This document shows positions 12,961 through 26,672 of a stretch of 64,000 bases of DNA, in pieces (position 1 is the stretch's first letter; every line of letters starts with the position of its first letter). Below the pieces are notes generated by a model. The model did no database searches. It had not been told where the DNA came from and worked only from the letters and a program-made list of their open reading frames with translations. The position numbers and the translations under genes are program-made. The DNA lies in the NCBI RefSeq assembly GCF_018977255.1, contig NW_024704743.1:86492001-86556000 (forward strand), read 5' to 3'. This DNA is from Callorhinchus milii. Lineage: Eukaryota.

Positions 12961-13424
12961 TACGTTATGAAGTGTAAATAAGTTATTGCACAGCATATGT
13001 CAGAAAGAAAATATAATTCCTGCCAGGAATCATACAATAATCTTTAATTTTAGATTTCAAAGGAAAACTGTAAAGAATGTGTGTGGGAGTGAAATCTGCT
13101 TCCGGCTTGTCTGTTTGCTTGCAGTCTATATCTGGCTTCATAAACAGAGAGTATTAGGTATGTATTGCTGTTTACTGGTAGTTTAACACCCCTGGGGGAT
13201 GGTGTCTAACATGCGGTTTAAATTTAAAGTCATTCATAATATATCAATTATCAATAAATCCGGATGTAATAATAACAATAATAATCCATAATTATTTGAT
13301 ATAGTACCTTTCACGTTGGAAGAAGGTCTCAAAGGAACTTCACAGGATTCACTGTCATATGTAGTGACTGTGTATGCTTTAGGTGAACACGGCAGACAAT
13401 TTGCGCACATCAATTTCCCAGAAA

Positions 13425-13562
13425 CAGTCACACACATTCAGACACTCACTTACACACACTTGCACATTCACACTGATACTCATTCACACACCCCATCACT
13501 CACTCGCATATATGCACACACAATCATTCTGACACATAACATACACACACAATCACACGCAC
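13425..13562. repeat. Degenerate (CA)n-rich simple repeat
   Basis: Directly visible; explains the His/Thr-rich ORF 13316..13624. Confidence 0.85.
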
Positions 13563-14639
13563 AGTTGAGGACTGCAGATCCTCGTTTTTCTTCAGGTCAA
13601 TGGTTCCCATCCAGCATCTGCTAGAGGGAATAATGCAACACATCTCATGCTTTGCTAGTGAATTCAGTCAGATAATCTTCATTGGACTCAATCCTTGAAC
13701 CACAGATTTATAAAATGGTCTTCACTGAAACCGTGTAACTGGACCCTAGGAAAGTCAATTTCCTGTGTCCACATGTTTTATCCAACACCTCATGTTTTAT
13801 TGTACCCTTCCTCTTCCCGTGGTGATCAAGTTAGCCAAGAGAACAGCAACCAGAAGAGCAGCTTTGGGTAATCTATCTCAACATTGATCTGATGATTATC
13901 CGCAATATTCAGTCTGCTTTACATTTTGTTGCTCCCTTGCTGCGAGGTTTGTGGTTTTGGTTTGTTGATATTGGAAGAATTTGTGTTGCATGACTATTGC
14001 AACTATTGGAAATTCAATGTTTCCATTTGAAATCCGATAAGCTCTCTAGGCCATAGTATTCCAAACAAATCATGTTTCTATTTAAATGGTGCAAAAGGTC
14101 TTGCATTGCTGTGTCTCTATGTACCCTGGCAAGCTGTCCGAATCTTAAACATGGAGCTCAGCTTTCCATTACGGTATTTTCCTGCTGTCCACATCCCTCA
14201 GAGCTGTCGTATCAGAACTTTGTTCTGATATGACTGCAACTTTTCTATTACTTTTTATCCCACTCCATCATAAGCATTTAGAAATCCTCCAGACATGAAA
14301 GGCGTTATACAAATGTAAATTGTATTGTATGTCTTTCCACCTTCAGTTGCTGTGTAAAGAACAAAAGGTAGGTTAACCTGATCCCTGCCACATGCTTAGT
14401 GAGGCTCCTCACTTGACACAGGATAGTATGCATCAACGTTGTGGATTGGTTTCATGTACTTCCTCTGCAACCAGATTCTTTATTCAGGAATTTCAATAAC
14501 AAATATCTCAAATAAGAGCCCTTTATGATTTTCCTTGTGAGGAAGCCTCATCTCTGCTCAATGCCTCACACCTTAATAATAATAATCCTTGCATTTAATA
14601 TAGGATAGTATTAATATAGTATAATTAATACAGTATAGT

Positions 14640-14796
14640 ATTTTTGGTAGGTCAGGGTATTAAGGGATATATATGGGGAGAAACTGGGAAATTAGAATTG
14701 AAGGGATTAGTTGAGGTACAGATCAGCCATGATCTAATTAAGTGGCAGAACAGGCTCGAAGAGCTGAATGGCCTCCTCGTGTTCCTATGTTCCTAC
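14640..14796 (+). mobile_element. CR1 3' end, nested in an old minus-strand SINE (about 14575-15000)
   Basis: Matches 34040-34185 (tttttggtaggtcagggtat...gttcctatg). SINE sequence resumes on both sides. Confidence 0.8.
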
Positions 14797-15377
14797 GCAT
14801 TTGTATCATCAGAACGTCTTAAACGGTCCACAAGTATTTGCTATCAAGTGCATTGACAGTGCATTTGTGGGCAAAATCACCAATCAGTTTTTACACTGGG
14901 AGAAACCCCCTTCTCTTTTCAAGCAGCATCATGAAATCTTTAATGTCTACCTAGACTGACTGGCAGGATACAGGTTTAAAGCCTCACCTGAAGGACAGCA
15001 CAGGTATAATGTAATTTGAGCTACATGAATATTAATTCAACTCTTATACTGTCAGCCTTGATATCTCATACAAACATATGGTGCCACCAGAAATCATTGT
15101 TTAAACAGAAAATGAACAGAAGTAGACAGAAATTAGAAAACTTTTTGAAACTGATCACAGTTCAATGTGACTGGTTTTAAAAAGGGTTTAGGATGTTGCT
15201 CTCTCTTTGAACAATTGTTTCTGGCAGTTTGGAAATCAATATTGTATTCAAGGTTACTATTTCTAAGATCCCGCTTTTCAAACTTTGTGTGTACAAACTG
15301 AGTTTATTGTATGATGTGCTGCAATTCTAATCAATACGTTTATATCAATATCAAAGAATGGCAGGCAGATTTGTCAA

Positions 15378-15805
15378 ACTGGCTCACTTGGTAGCACTCT
15401 TGCCTCTGAGTCAGAGAGTGTGGGTTCAAACCTAAAATGACACTGCAATACAACGCTGGGTTGTACTGTATTGTTGGGTTTGCTGTATTTTGGCTGAGAT
15501 ATTAAGCCAAGACGTTGTCTTCTTGTTCAGTTGAACATCAAAGATTCCATGGCACAACTTGAAAAGAGATGAGAGTTTCTTCCTGTATCCTGGCCAACTA
15601 TTCCCCATAAAAATTAGTCATTCACTTCATGGTTGTCTGTGGGAAATTGCTGTGTGCACATTGAAAATCCTGGAAGTATTTTGAGATGTCCTCTCCCCAT
15701 AAAACGCTTCTCATGCAGGGTAGTGCTCCAGGATGCTACCCTGCGTGAGGAACGCTATATAAATGCAAGTTTTTGTTGTTATATCAAATGCAAGGATTAT
15801 TATCA
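15378..15805 (+). mobile_element. Old SINE, Deu-domain-like family
   Basis: Head tggctcacttggtagcactcttgcctctgagtcag...gggttcaaa; tail aaatgcaaggattattat. Confidence 0.7.
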
Positions 15806-16339
15806 TTCCTATAAAGAGACTACCCTCTACCTCACTCATTCACTCAGCAGCAGCAGTATCACCACGTGCAGTATAACATTTTAGAAATAGGAGTTTGGGG
15901 TTTGCACGTCAGAAACTCTTTGTAGTGCAGCACTTAATGAATTAAAGTGAGAAATAATCAGGATGAATTAATTGCAAGGTTCGAACCAGGAATATTTATT
16001 TTAAATATTTCTCAGCTTGTGCACTGTATCGCCAAATCCGTTCCCCCACCCGAATATCATATTGATGAAGTTCTCAAACAGCAGCACTAGGCTTAATACT
16101 GTACCTTTAACAACACCCTATGAAAATGATGCATACATAATGGAGTAGGGAAAAGAGGGAAGCAGTAGGGTAGTGAATGCTCTTGTGGAGTACAAACATG
16201 GACTAGTTGCACTGAATCACATATTTCCATGTTGAAACAAATCCTTGCATTTGATATAGCACCTAGATTGTCAGCCTAGTGTTATCTCAGACTATGATCA
16301 CAAAGTCCCAACACAGGGTTTGAACCCAAATCTTTTGAG

Positions 16340-16760
16340 CAAGATGTCATGCTCATCTCTCTTCAAGTACAGCAAGGTCCCAATGCAGGTCAAGCTTGCG
16401 GTATTTAAGACCTGTGTGCAAACAGTTCTCCTTTATGGATCTGAGCGGCTGGTGCTGAATAAGTACAGTACGCAGCATCGGACTTGGGCCTTGAGAACAT
16501 CAAGGTGGCTGGCACTTTGCAAGCCAGATAGCTGATGAGAAAATTCTGAGGCTTGAGGCGACAGATGCTGGAAGGTGTTACATGGAGTCCGAGTTTGTAA
16601 ACACACGTTTGTACATTCAGTGCTTGGAATCAACCTTTATTAGCTTGCAAAGAGGTAAGCAGCTGCTACTAAATCTCCACACCTCCAACTGCTAGAACCA
16701 TCATTCTCTGTCCGAACTGTGGACAGGAATATTTTGGCAATGCTCTCATGCATTTCATGC
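16340..16760 (+). mobile_element. RTE-clade LINE remnant
   Basis: KLAVFKTCVQTVLLYGSE resembles the RTE motif K.xVY.xCV.xxLLYGxE. WLAL and a CPNCG Cys motif lie downstream. Confidence 0.6.
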
Positions 16761-16909
16761 TGATCTGTGTTGCTTGCAGGGAGTTCCTTGTACCTGCCAT
16801 TTACTAAGTGAGTGCTCAAATTCACCCCTCATCAGATGTTAAATAACCAACTAGTAACTAAACTCCTTGGGGGGAGGTAAGCAAGGTCTCCTTGGAACTC
16901 AACTGGCTC

Positions 16910-17085
16910 CAAGGTGACATTGAGTACAAAAGCAAGGAAGTTATGCTAAACCTTTATAAATCACTGGTTAGGGCTCAGCTGGAGTATTGTGTTCAATTCT
17001 GGATAAAACACTTTAGGAAGGATGTTAGGACCTTGAGAGGGTGTAAAGGAGATTTACTGGAATGGTACCAGGAATGAGGGATAGT
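16910..17085 (+). mobile_element. CR1 ORF2 fragment
   Basis: Reads IEYKSKEVMLNLYKSLVRAQLEYCVQFW; homologous to 1163-1320. Confidence 0.88.
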
Positions 17086-17433
17086 CAACTTGGCTACTTT
17101 AAGAAAACATTAGCAAAAGTCTAAATTTTGATTTTCATCCTGTAGGATGGCTTTTAAATGTTAACATTTTATTTTTTTAAATATTTTACGGCTATAATCT
17201 GGCAAAGGAATGTAGAATCTATGCTATCCGAGGCCAAATTAATGTCTTCCTGATTGGCATGGTGCTGTAACAGCCCCTCCGCCCCCACGTAGGACCAATG
17301 GCTGGGCAGATAGGTGCAGCATGAAACTGTTAAACTATTAGTTCTCTTTGCATTCTTTGCATTATTGTAGTTTTTGGCTTCCAAAACAAAGATTCTATAC
17401 TGCCACTGGTTTTCAATGATAGGCCAGTTAAAC

Positions 17434-17768
17434 ATAATAATAATAATAATAAAAATAATAATAAGAAGAAGAATCCTTTTATTTGATATAGCACCTTATC
17501 ACATCTTCGGCAATGTTTCAAAGTGCTTCACAGGATCGAGTGACCAAACTATTATTATTATTTAAAAAAACATTTTTTAAGGGATTATTGCCCCTGGAAA
17601 GCAATCTGCCAATCGACTAACAACTGGGTTCCTACTTACTTCTAGGTAAACAGGTGTGTGTGTGTGTGGAGTAAGGAAACTTGCCTAACATTTTGCCCTG
17701 CCCAGGAATCTAGCCCAGGTCGTCCAGCTTGCGAGGTGAGTGCTCTAACTGCTAATCTACAGGACTCC
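17434..17768 (-). mobile_element. tRNA-derived SINE (long form, internally deleted)
   Basis: Head ends in caggactcc at 17768; carries the extra segment seen at 48040-48110; (ATT)n tail. Confidence 0.85.
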
Positions 17769-18699
17769 ATATTGTTCACAGCAGGCACCTGCTGTCACAT
17801 TTCTCTGTTGGTATCCCTCTAAATGTAAGCCAATCTTGCAATCCGGAAGTCTAATACTCCTTAGGATAAAAGTGATGATTATCTATAAGTGTGGAGTAAG
17901 TTATGATATTGTGATGGGAGGACAGTTGGGTGAGCATTCTGGAGCAATGAGATCAGATGGGCTGAAAAGCCTTCTTCATCCAAACCAATTTGGTGGACTT
18001 GTTATTTTGTGTATAATGTAAGCAACATCTTCCTTCTGTACTTAATGGTTTTCTCGGCTTGAAAGTAAAAACACTGAACTGCTCATTATACAGTTAGGTC
18101 TAATAATGCCCACAGAATTCATACAGTCACACCACTTTATAATAAATCCTGTACTAGGAGATGGTATAGGTATGCCAAGCACCTCAAATCGACAAGTGGG
18201 AATGTTGCTCTGAAAATAGATCATGTCAGAATAATCTACTTCTGGTTTCCTTATTAAGGAATCCTATTACAAATTGACACATAACCAAATCCATTATCTT
18301 TGCACAAATTGGCTGCTGCATTCATCTACAAATACAGTCACTACACACTCCAAAGTGAAATGCTATCAGATAATTCTATGGTGTGATCAGGCTCTTCATT
18401 AAATGCAAGAATTATTATTATAATTATTAAGGTTTGGTGGTTTATCAATGGTTATAGAGAGGGAGAACCAGGGAGAGGAAGAAAGAATTCTGACTGACTG
18501 AGGACCCATGAAGCACCCAAGTCCATTACACAATTCCAGTTCAAGCATCTTTTGACAATCTGAAACAATATTCACCATTTGACTTTTGAACTTGTGAAAT
18601 TGATCAAAGATTCGCCCTTTAAATCATTGAGTGAAGTAATTCTCGATCATGCTTAAAATGTTCTGGTTTTATCTTCCCTGAGATAACTCTCAGAAAGGT

Positions 18700-19390
18700 T
18701 TCTGCTCTTAAATCCCTTCAAATCCCTTCATGTCCTGGTACCTCCCTACCTCTCCAACCTGCACATTCACCAACCCAATGCCTGCTGCCTCTGCTCGACT
18801 GGTTCCAACCACCTACTTGTCCCTCTGGTCCACCATCGGTGGCCGCACTTTCACCCCCTATTCCCCGAAACTGGATCACTCTTCCTCTATCCCTCTATCT
18901 CGCTCTTTCCTTCCCCATCTTCAGGTTGTGCATGAAGATTTTCCTCTTTGATCACGCCTAAAATCACCTCTGTATAGTTTGGCGTCATGCTCCGCCACTG
19001 TCAAGTGCTCTAGGAGCTATCCTGCATGAGAGTCGCTGTATAAATGCAAGTTGTTGATGTTGCTTTCCTCTATAATTCAGTACTGGAGTTGCATTGTATT
19101 GATGAAGGTGCTACTCTTCAGATACGACCTTTAAATTATGGTTCTGTCTGCTTATTCAAGTGGAAGTTAAAAATCCCCTGGCACTACTCAAAAAAGAAAG
19201 GAGCTTCTGGTGTCCTGGATGACAATCCTCTAAATAAAATTGTGGTTCACTTAATGGCTGATTGTAGGACATTGCTGGCTGCTCACCTACAAAATACAGT
19301 AACAATACTTTACAATATATTCTGTGAAGCACTTTGAGATGTTCTCACAACGTGAAAGGAGTGATATCAAATGTAACAATTATTACTAAT
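18700..19390 (+). mobile_element. Old L2 3' fragment (about 18700-19060) followed by an old SINE (about 19075-19390)
   Basis: ccaccatcggtggccgcactttca and tail aaatgcaagttgttg, then the core aagtggaagttaaaaatcccctggcacta. Confidence 0.65.
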
Positions 19391-20669
19391 TACGTGTGTG
19401 GATCAGGGATGAGAGGGATCAAGTTTGCCTGTAGTTATATGTACTACTGACACTCACATCTTTAGCCCACAATTGAAGAATGGGCACTTAGACGGGGTAC
19501 AGGAGATCACCAAGCGCCCATGGAAATATACGTCAGCACCTACAGTAGAGGAGGATAGAGTTAGAGGAGGAAAAAAGGGAAACGGTGAAGATAGCAAAGT
19601 AAAATGCTAACTGTAACAAGTCTTGCACTACACCCTATTTGAATGTTGATAGCTGAGCTTGATGGCTCACAAGTGTGCTGTTGCTTCACACATTGTAAAC
19701 AGTGCTGTCACCATCAATCTTGTACTGTTCCTTGCTGTCTTTATGATTGATTGAGACATGAAGGATCAATCCTGATGGTAGGGCTGCTGTGCACCATCTA
19801 TAAACAAAGGGCTGATGCAAACGAGTGATCTTGGCCGGAAAACCACATTGCCCAACAAATGAACTTACAAGTAAAAAAACATTTGTGGTGTACAGCGGTT
19901 TTAAATGCTCACTTGCACTATTCCATGTTTAGTTAGGGATACTCAACTTAGATTCTTATCTTTATATGTTTTTAAATTTATGTTCTTCTTTCTCCGCCAA
20001 CTTCTTTGCATCTCTAGGTGTCTGATGATGAGACAGACTGGCAGCCCACATGGAACCTCAATAGCACAGGAATAGAGCTTGGTTGTTACTGGTACATGTT
20101 TTAGGTTGTTGGGGTGGTGGGGGGTGGGGGCGCATGGTAGGTGGATTGTTAAATGGAGTAAAAATATAGATCAATGTCGGGATGACACCGAATGTCTATC
20201 ATGATGCAAACCTAGTTTTTCTTTAAGTAATGCTAGGGTCTTCCATGATAAGAGTTTACACATATTGCTTAGCATGTGAGGCATATGTGCAGAATATGTA
20301 CGGAAACATAGAGCAGGCCAGTGCCTGCTGAGCGGAGGGAGCGGACAGGTTGGTAACGTTTCAATAGGACGTAAAGGTAGGGAGGAGCAAGACCTCGGAG
20401 GGCTAACCTGTAAATTCCTTTCATTATTGTAAATATTCATTCATATCAGCCCATAACCTCTTTTGCCCAGATTCTAATCAGAGCCAAGCATCTTTCAGTC
20501 CAGGTGTTAACCTTGTGAACCATCATCGGACATGCTTCCAAGGCTGATATTTGGAGATGTTCTGGCACAGTACACTCTTTTATCAATGTTATCATCCTCC
20601 ACAGGTTTCCATGACTTCTTGCACCATTAGTACTCCTGCACCTTTCCCACCACTTCCTTCACAAATCCC

Positions 20670-21758
20670 TCCAATCGGGTTTCCGTGCCGCCACAGCATA
20701 GAAACAGTCCTGGTCAAAGTGACAAATGACATTCTGACCATCCTCCTTGACCTCTTTGTTGTCTTTGACACTGTTGACCACTATCCCGCCTTTCCTCTCA
20801 CCTCAACCTTCACGGCTCTGTCCTCGTATGGTTCAGATCATACCTCTCACACCACCTCCACTTGATCTCCACAAATGGTTTCTCCTCTAGCTCCCATACC
20901 GTCTTGTGCGGCATTCTTCAGGGATTTCTCCTTGATCCCCTTCTCTTCAATATCTATATGCTCCCTCTTGGTGACATCATCCGTAGACATGGGGTCAACT
21001 TCCACATGTATGTGGATGACACCCAACTGAACCTCCCTGCCTCCACCCTGACTCCAGGACCATTGTTGTCTGTCAAGACCCCCTCTGCTTTCTCCCACCT
21101 CTGCAACATTGCCTGGCTCTGCCACTGTCTCACACCGCAGGCCGCCGAAAGCCTCATAGACGCATTCATAACATCGAGACTTGACTATGCAAACTCCTTG
21201 CTTGTCGGCCTCACCAACTCTTCCCTCCATAGGCTGCAGATCATTCACAACTCTGCAGCCCATGTCCTCTCCCATACCAGGCTCTGTGACCCTATCAACC
21301 CCATCCTCGCCTGACTCCACTAGTTTCCCATCACACAGAATACAGTTCAAGATCCTGGTCCTCAGCTTCAAAGCCTCCATGGCCTTGCTACCCCTACCTC
21401 TGCGAACTTCTAACCCCCTATGATCCTGCCCACTCATTTCGCTCAGTGAGCTCCAGCCTGCTTCAAGTCTCCTGTCTCACCTGCCTCGCCCGCCCACAAT
21501 TGACAGGCAGGCCTTCCGCCACTCTGCCCCCACCCTCTGGAACTCCATCCCATAGTCCCTCAGCCTTGCTTCCTTCAAGACCCATCTCAAGACCCTCCTC
21601 TTCGACCATGCTTTCGATCACCCTGTTCTCCCCACCACTGCCCTCCACCCTCCCCAATCCCAACCCCCAGCTCGGGAGCGAAACACTGACTGTCCAATGC
21701 TTTGGGACGTCCTACCGACATGAAAGGTGCTGTACAAATGTAATTTTGTTGTTGTTGT
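20670..21758 (+). mobile_element. L2 LINE, 5'-truncated with internal deletions
   Basis: Reads GFPCRHSIETVLVKVTNDIL, FDTVDH, HMYVDDTQL and AFITSRLDYANSLL; (TTG)n tail. Confidence 0.92.
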
Positions 21759-21831
21759 GATTGGTATTGTTTTACTCACAGCTGCTTCACAGTTCCCTAG
21801 GAATGATGGAAGATTTTTTTACCAGCCCAAT

Positions 21832-22090
21832 AACAACAAAATGGCATTTATAGAGCGCCTTTCACGTTGGGAGGACATCCCAAAGCGCTGAACAGTCAGA
21901 TGTCGGGGTCCGAACGTGGGGGAGGGGTGGTGTAGGGGTGAGGGAAGGCAGAGAGGTGGGAGGGAGACCAAAGGCACGGTCGAAGAGAAGGGTCTTGAGA
22001 CTAGTCTTCAAGGATGCAAAGGAGAAAGCGAGGCGAAGGGACCATGGGATGGAGTTCCAGAGTGTGGGGGCAGAGGGGCTGAAAGCCCAA
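21832..22090 (-). mobile_element. L2 3' end, tail-to-tail with the preceding copy
   Basis: aacaacaaaatggcatttatagagcgcctttcacg followed by the reverse complement of the 3' UTR. Confidence 0.85.
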
Positions 22091-24059
22091 AACCAGTGAG
22101 TTACTGGGACAGTAGATTGAAGAGCTTAAAGAGCCAACTTGTGTGAGGTGAGACTTCACAAAATGATGTTTTCAAGTTGTAACAAGTCTGCTGGTTCTTG
22201 CTTCAGATTAATTTCATGTCCTGAGCTACAGCAAAATGAAGCTGTTTCACATCAGGACTTGATGCTTTTGTGAAAAAGGCTTTTTGGAGCATTTGATTCA
22301 ATTTATAATCATGCTAATCAGCAACACTCATTGCTGTTGGTGAGAGTTTAACATGACTATTGCGAACTACTGTGAAATACAGTGTATTTTCCCGTTTGCC
22401 AACTCAGTTAACTTGGAAAATGTTGTTAACAGTCTCTGTAATACTGAAATCAAGACTCCTTATACATGCGTTATGATATGATACATCAATATACTGAAAT
22501 CGCAACTATCATTTACTGTGTTACTGTGTGGTAAGTGGTAAATATGGGTTTACCTGTGATAAAAGCACGGTGTTGGCCAGTGACAGATCAATAAAAATAC
22601 AAAATCTTATTAAAAGGCATGCAGTAATTGCAATGAATGAAGTGGCTTAGAGTATGATTCATATAATAGAGCTATACATTGTTGTTAAGAAACCCATCAA
22701 GAAAAGCATTAAGGTCAACCATTTATCTCAATAAAATCCAACAAAATTGTAGCTGCACTATTTAAAGTTACTCTATACAACATATGAAGTTGAGTGAGAT
22801 CTGAAAGATTCTGTGGTTGCACAGGGTCCCACAAAATGCTTCACTTGAATCATGTGAAAAATTCCCGAGCTCCAACCATCTGCTTATTAACATTTTGGGA
22901 TGAGGAAAATGAACTGGAATCTAGAATTCAGTTTACAGACAAGTAAAGCTTCCTACTATGTTAGACTGCTATCGTCTGCGTAGCTGTAAACCAAGTAATG
23001 TTTGGACATAGAGGTATGTACAAAAACATAAATTATACTTAAATCAAAAATATTAACAATGTTTTGCACTTTCACTGCCTTCTAGGAAACATAAATCTAA
23101 CAATTTCCAGGCACTCGATCCACATTTTTCTGACATTATATTTCAATAAGTGAAGATAAACAAACAAAAAGTGCATTACACTTAAGAGTCTGAATACAGA
23201 CATCATGCAGTCTGTAAATAAAATGGAAATAACTGGTAAAGGGTTCATTTGAATCTATTTTGACTTATTTTTGATTCGGAGAAAAATGTCATCTCGCTAA
23301 TGTCGACAGAATAGTTATAACAAAGTAGGCAGCAATGTTAATTGCCATTGAGTTCTTTCTTTGCATACCAAAGCTGAGTACTTCAATCTCTTTGCTTAGC
23401 TGTATTAGATACAGCGAAATGTAACAAGTTTGCATCTGAGCAATACTCCAGCAAATGTTAACAAATGGAAGGAAAGGCTATTAATCACCAAGAGTAGGAG
23501 ACAGTAGGGTCAGACAGTCTCTCTGCCCTCTAGGTACAGTATGTACTATTACTATATAGTAGCCAGGAACCCATTACAAAACAGTCCTGGGCTTCTAACT
23601 TGTCACCCTTTCACTCAGCCTTCTATTTACCAATATAGTTGGGTACGAGTGTAATTATTTCTTTGTTCAGGATGTTTTATAATGGTTTGCTAACTACTTG
23701 CTGGAAGAGCTGAGAAGTAATCCAGACTGTCTTTCTATTCCATGCTTTTGAAGCATGCCAGAGAATATGAGTAATGGCCACTTTGCTAATGTTTATTTGA
23801 CCAAGCGAAAGAAGTGACGGAAACCAGAGTGCAAATCATATACAAATAGAAAGATGACTTCTTAGCCACATTCTTACCATCAGTTACTTTCTCAGCATCA
23901 ATATAGTGTTCATCCTGGACACTAGATCCACAGTGAAAGTTTACTGTACATAACCACAAACTATTCCTTTGGCTGGCCCAAGTCAATTCAGTGGAGCGCG
24001 AAACCTCAGCCAACAGTGGCGTTTGGTTACAGATTGGGGAGATGCAGATGTGTTGAACC

Positions 24060-24480
24060 ATAGAAACTTACAACACAGAAGAAGGATATTTGTCCTATTG
24101 TGTCTGTAGCTCCTTGAAAGACCAATCCATTCAGTTCCATTTACTCGTCAATTCCCCATATCCTTGCAAATTACTCTTTTTTAGATATTTGAACAGTTCC
24201 CTTCTGAAAGCTAAGATCCTGCTATGACCACCATTTCCAGCAGGACATTATACATCCTAACAACCACATAATAAGGTTCCTCCTAATCTCTCTTGTTCCA
24301 TTGTTAGTCTAGGCAGACACTCCAATACAGTGCTGGGGAGTGCTGTATTGTTGGAGGAAAAGTCCTTTGGACAAGTCAGTGAACCAAGGTCCCATCTGCC
24401 TATTCTGATGGATGTTAAAGATGCAATGGTGCTATTTGAAAAGAGAATGGAGTTTCTGCTTATTCCTAGGATCATCGTAG
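24060..24480. mobile_element. Old CR1 3' end (minus, about 24060-24300) adjoining an old SINE core (plus, about 24305-24480)
   Basis: catagaaacttacaacacagaa tail; core gatggatgttaaagatgcaatggtgctatttgaaaagag. Confidence 0.6.
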
Positions 24481-24949
24481 TAAATTTTGTCTGCTCCCTC
24501 AACCAAAAATGGACACAGTACACAACTGACAATTTTGTACAGGATAGACAATTTACCACCATCTAAATTTTCCAAATGCTCCATAATCTCTCATAATCTT
24601 AACTTCTTAATCTTTCACCATGGTCCAACTAACAATTTATTGAAGTTAAACATCATCTCTTTGGTTTTATTTTCTATGCCCCTGTGTACAAAACACAGAA
24701 CACATAGGATATCCTTAGTTTCTTCATAATTTTGTCCACCTGTGTCCCACTTTTCAAATAGACCAAAAATTGAAAACGAAGTATATTTTCTACTGCCCTC
24801 ATCATAATGAAGGGAAATTTTGCTCTTTAAAAAAATAAAATTCCGAAAAGCACATTTTAAAGTGTTTGATTAAAAAGGACTTTTGTTCAAAATTCCCTCA
24901 ACCTGAAACCAGGAAAACATGTCACCAGAGTAGTTGGTGAAGCATAGGC

Positions 24950-25105
24950 AGTGACAGAGACAGATACATAGATGGAGGGAGAGAGAGGAGGGAGATAAGG
25001 AGACAGTGAGAGAGTGAGACACACACACAGAAGAGGAGGAAATCTGAGAGAGAATGAAGGAAGGAGATAGGGAGAAAGAGAGAAAGGATAATAAAGGGAG
25101 AGAGT
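24950..25105. repeat. (GA)-rich low-complexity tract
   Basis: Directly visible. Confidence 0.85.
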
Positions 25106-25565
25106 TTGCTTCTACTGTGTGTCGGACCTTGATTTGGCAAATGACTTCAGTCTTTGCCTACACGATCACTATACTTGGTAATAAGTTACTGGTAAATAAC
25201 TTTGAAACTTTTTTGATGTAATAGGGTGCTTTGAAAACTGCAAGTATTTTCTTCTCTCTGGATGTACAACAATGATTTCATATTCTCTGAGCTACTGGAG
25301 CAGATATGCAATTAAGATCCTCAGACAAAAGTAGACTCTTTTTTTCCCAACTGATGTTGCATCAGTTAACATCTACAAACATAATAGGATCTGTAGCTGC
25401 TTGTAAATGGTACTGGAGAATGTAGGTATAGGTATTGACTGAAATGAACAAATAACTCTATGGAACACAATAATTTCTCAGCTGTTCAAGTCTGTTTGAG
25501 TTAAAGATTGATGAGAAAAAGAGATTAGGGTCCAAAGATACTGCAGAATAGAGGACATATTGGGG

Positions 25566-25906
25566 ACAACAACAACAAAAAGATTCCATTTATAGAGCGC
25601 CTTTCACGTCAGGAGGACGTCCCAAGGCACTGGACAGTTGAGTCAGGACCCGAGCAGAGAGGAAATGGTCAGGGGGAGGGGAGGGAAGGGAGGGAGCGAG
25701 GAGGGGGTAGAGAGTCGAGAGGGGAGCTGAAGGCATGGTCAAAGAGAAAGATCTTGAGACCGGCCTTGAAGGAGGAAAGGGAGGAAGCAAGGCGAAGGCA
25801 ATGGGGGATGGCGTTCCAGAGCCTGGGGCCTGAGAGGCTGAAGGCCCGGCCACCGATGGTAGGGCGGTTGGGGCGGGGGATGTGGGGCAGACCGGAGCCA
25901 GAGGAA
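25566..25906 (-). mobile_element. Young L2 3' end
   Basis: Near-identical reverse complement of 55790-56135. Confidence 0.92.
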
Positions 25907-25909
25907 CGT

Positions 25910-26672
25910 ATGCTTTGGCTCCCATCAACGTCTTCTCTCCTGCAGATCTAAGCTCCTCAACCTCCTTGGGCTCTCCCTCAGACTCACCAAACACATGTAA
26001 AACTTAGGCATCAGACTCAATCCTCAATTTTCCTTTCTGCATCATATCCGTTACATGACCAGGGCTGCTTTCTTCCACCTCTGTCAGATTGCCCGCTTCT
26101 GTTCGTGCCTCACAACCAATGCGGCCGAAACCCTCATCAACACCTTTGTCACTTCCCAGCTGGACTATTCCAATACCCTCCTCGCTGGTCTCCCCATCTC
26201 CCCCATACACAAAATTCAATTAATCCAAAACTCCCCTGCCAGGATACTCACCCAAACAGAACTCTGTACCCTCATCACACTAGTCCTTGCTAGGCTCCAC
26301 TGGCTGCCAATTACCGAATGGATCAATTTCAATATCCTCTCATTTTCAAATCCTTTCCTGCCCTGGCACCTCCCTACCTATTCAACCTGCTTACCCCTTT
26401 CTCAATCGCTGCGTCCGCTCGGCTGGCTCTGGCCTCCTGTTTGTCTCTCCTACCCTCCGCTCCACCATTGATGGCCGTGCCTTAAGTATAGACTTTGCCC
26501 CGAAACTCTGGAACTCTCTCCCTCAATCCCTCTGCCTTAACCCCTCCCTCCCCCTTCCCTTCAAATCCAGCCTAAAGACCTTTTTTGATCATGCTTAGTC
26601 ACCTAACGCTCCCTTCCCCCTGGCTGGTTGTCAGATGTCGCCATTGTCAAATCATGCAAGTTGTTGTTGTTT
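25910..26672 (+). mobile_element. Older L2 fragment
   Basis: Reads AFFHLCQIARF...AETLINTFVTSQLDYSNTLLAGLP...LHWLPI; (TTG)n tail. Confidence 0.88.

Noticed and set aside
20847..21437. 196-aa minus-strand ORF and similar Gly/Glu-rich ORFs (2307, 3760, 4138, 25754, 55768)
   Set aside because: Antisense or off-frame readings of L2 elements.
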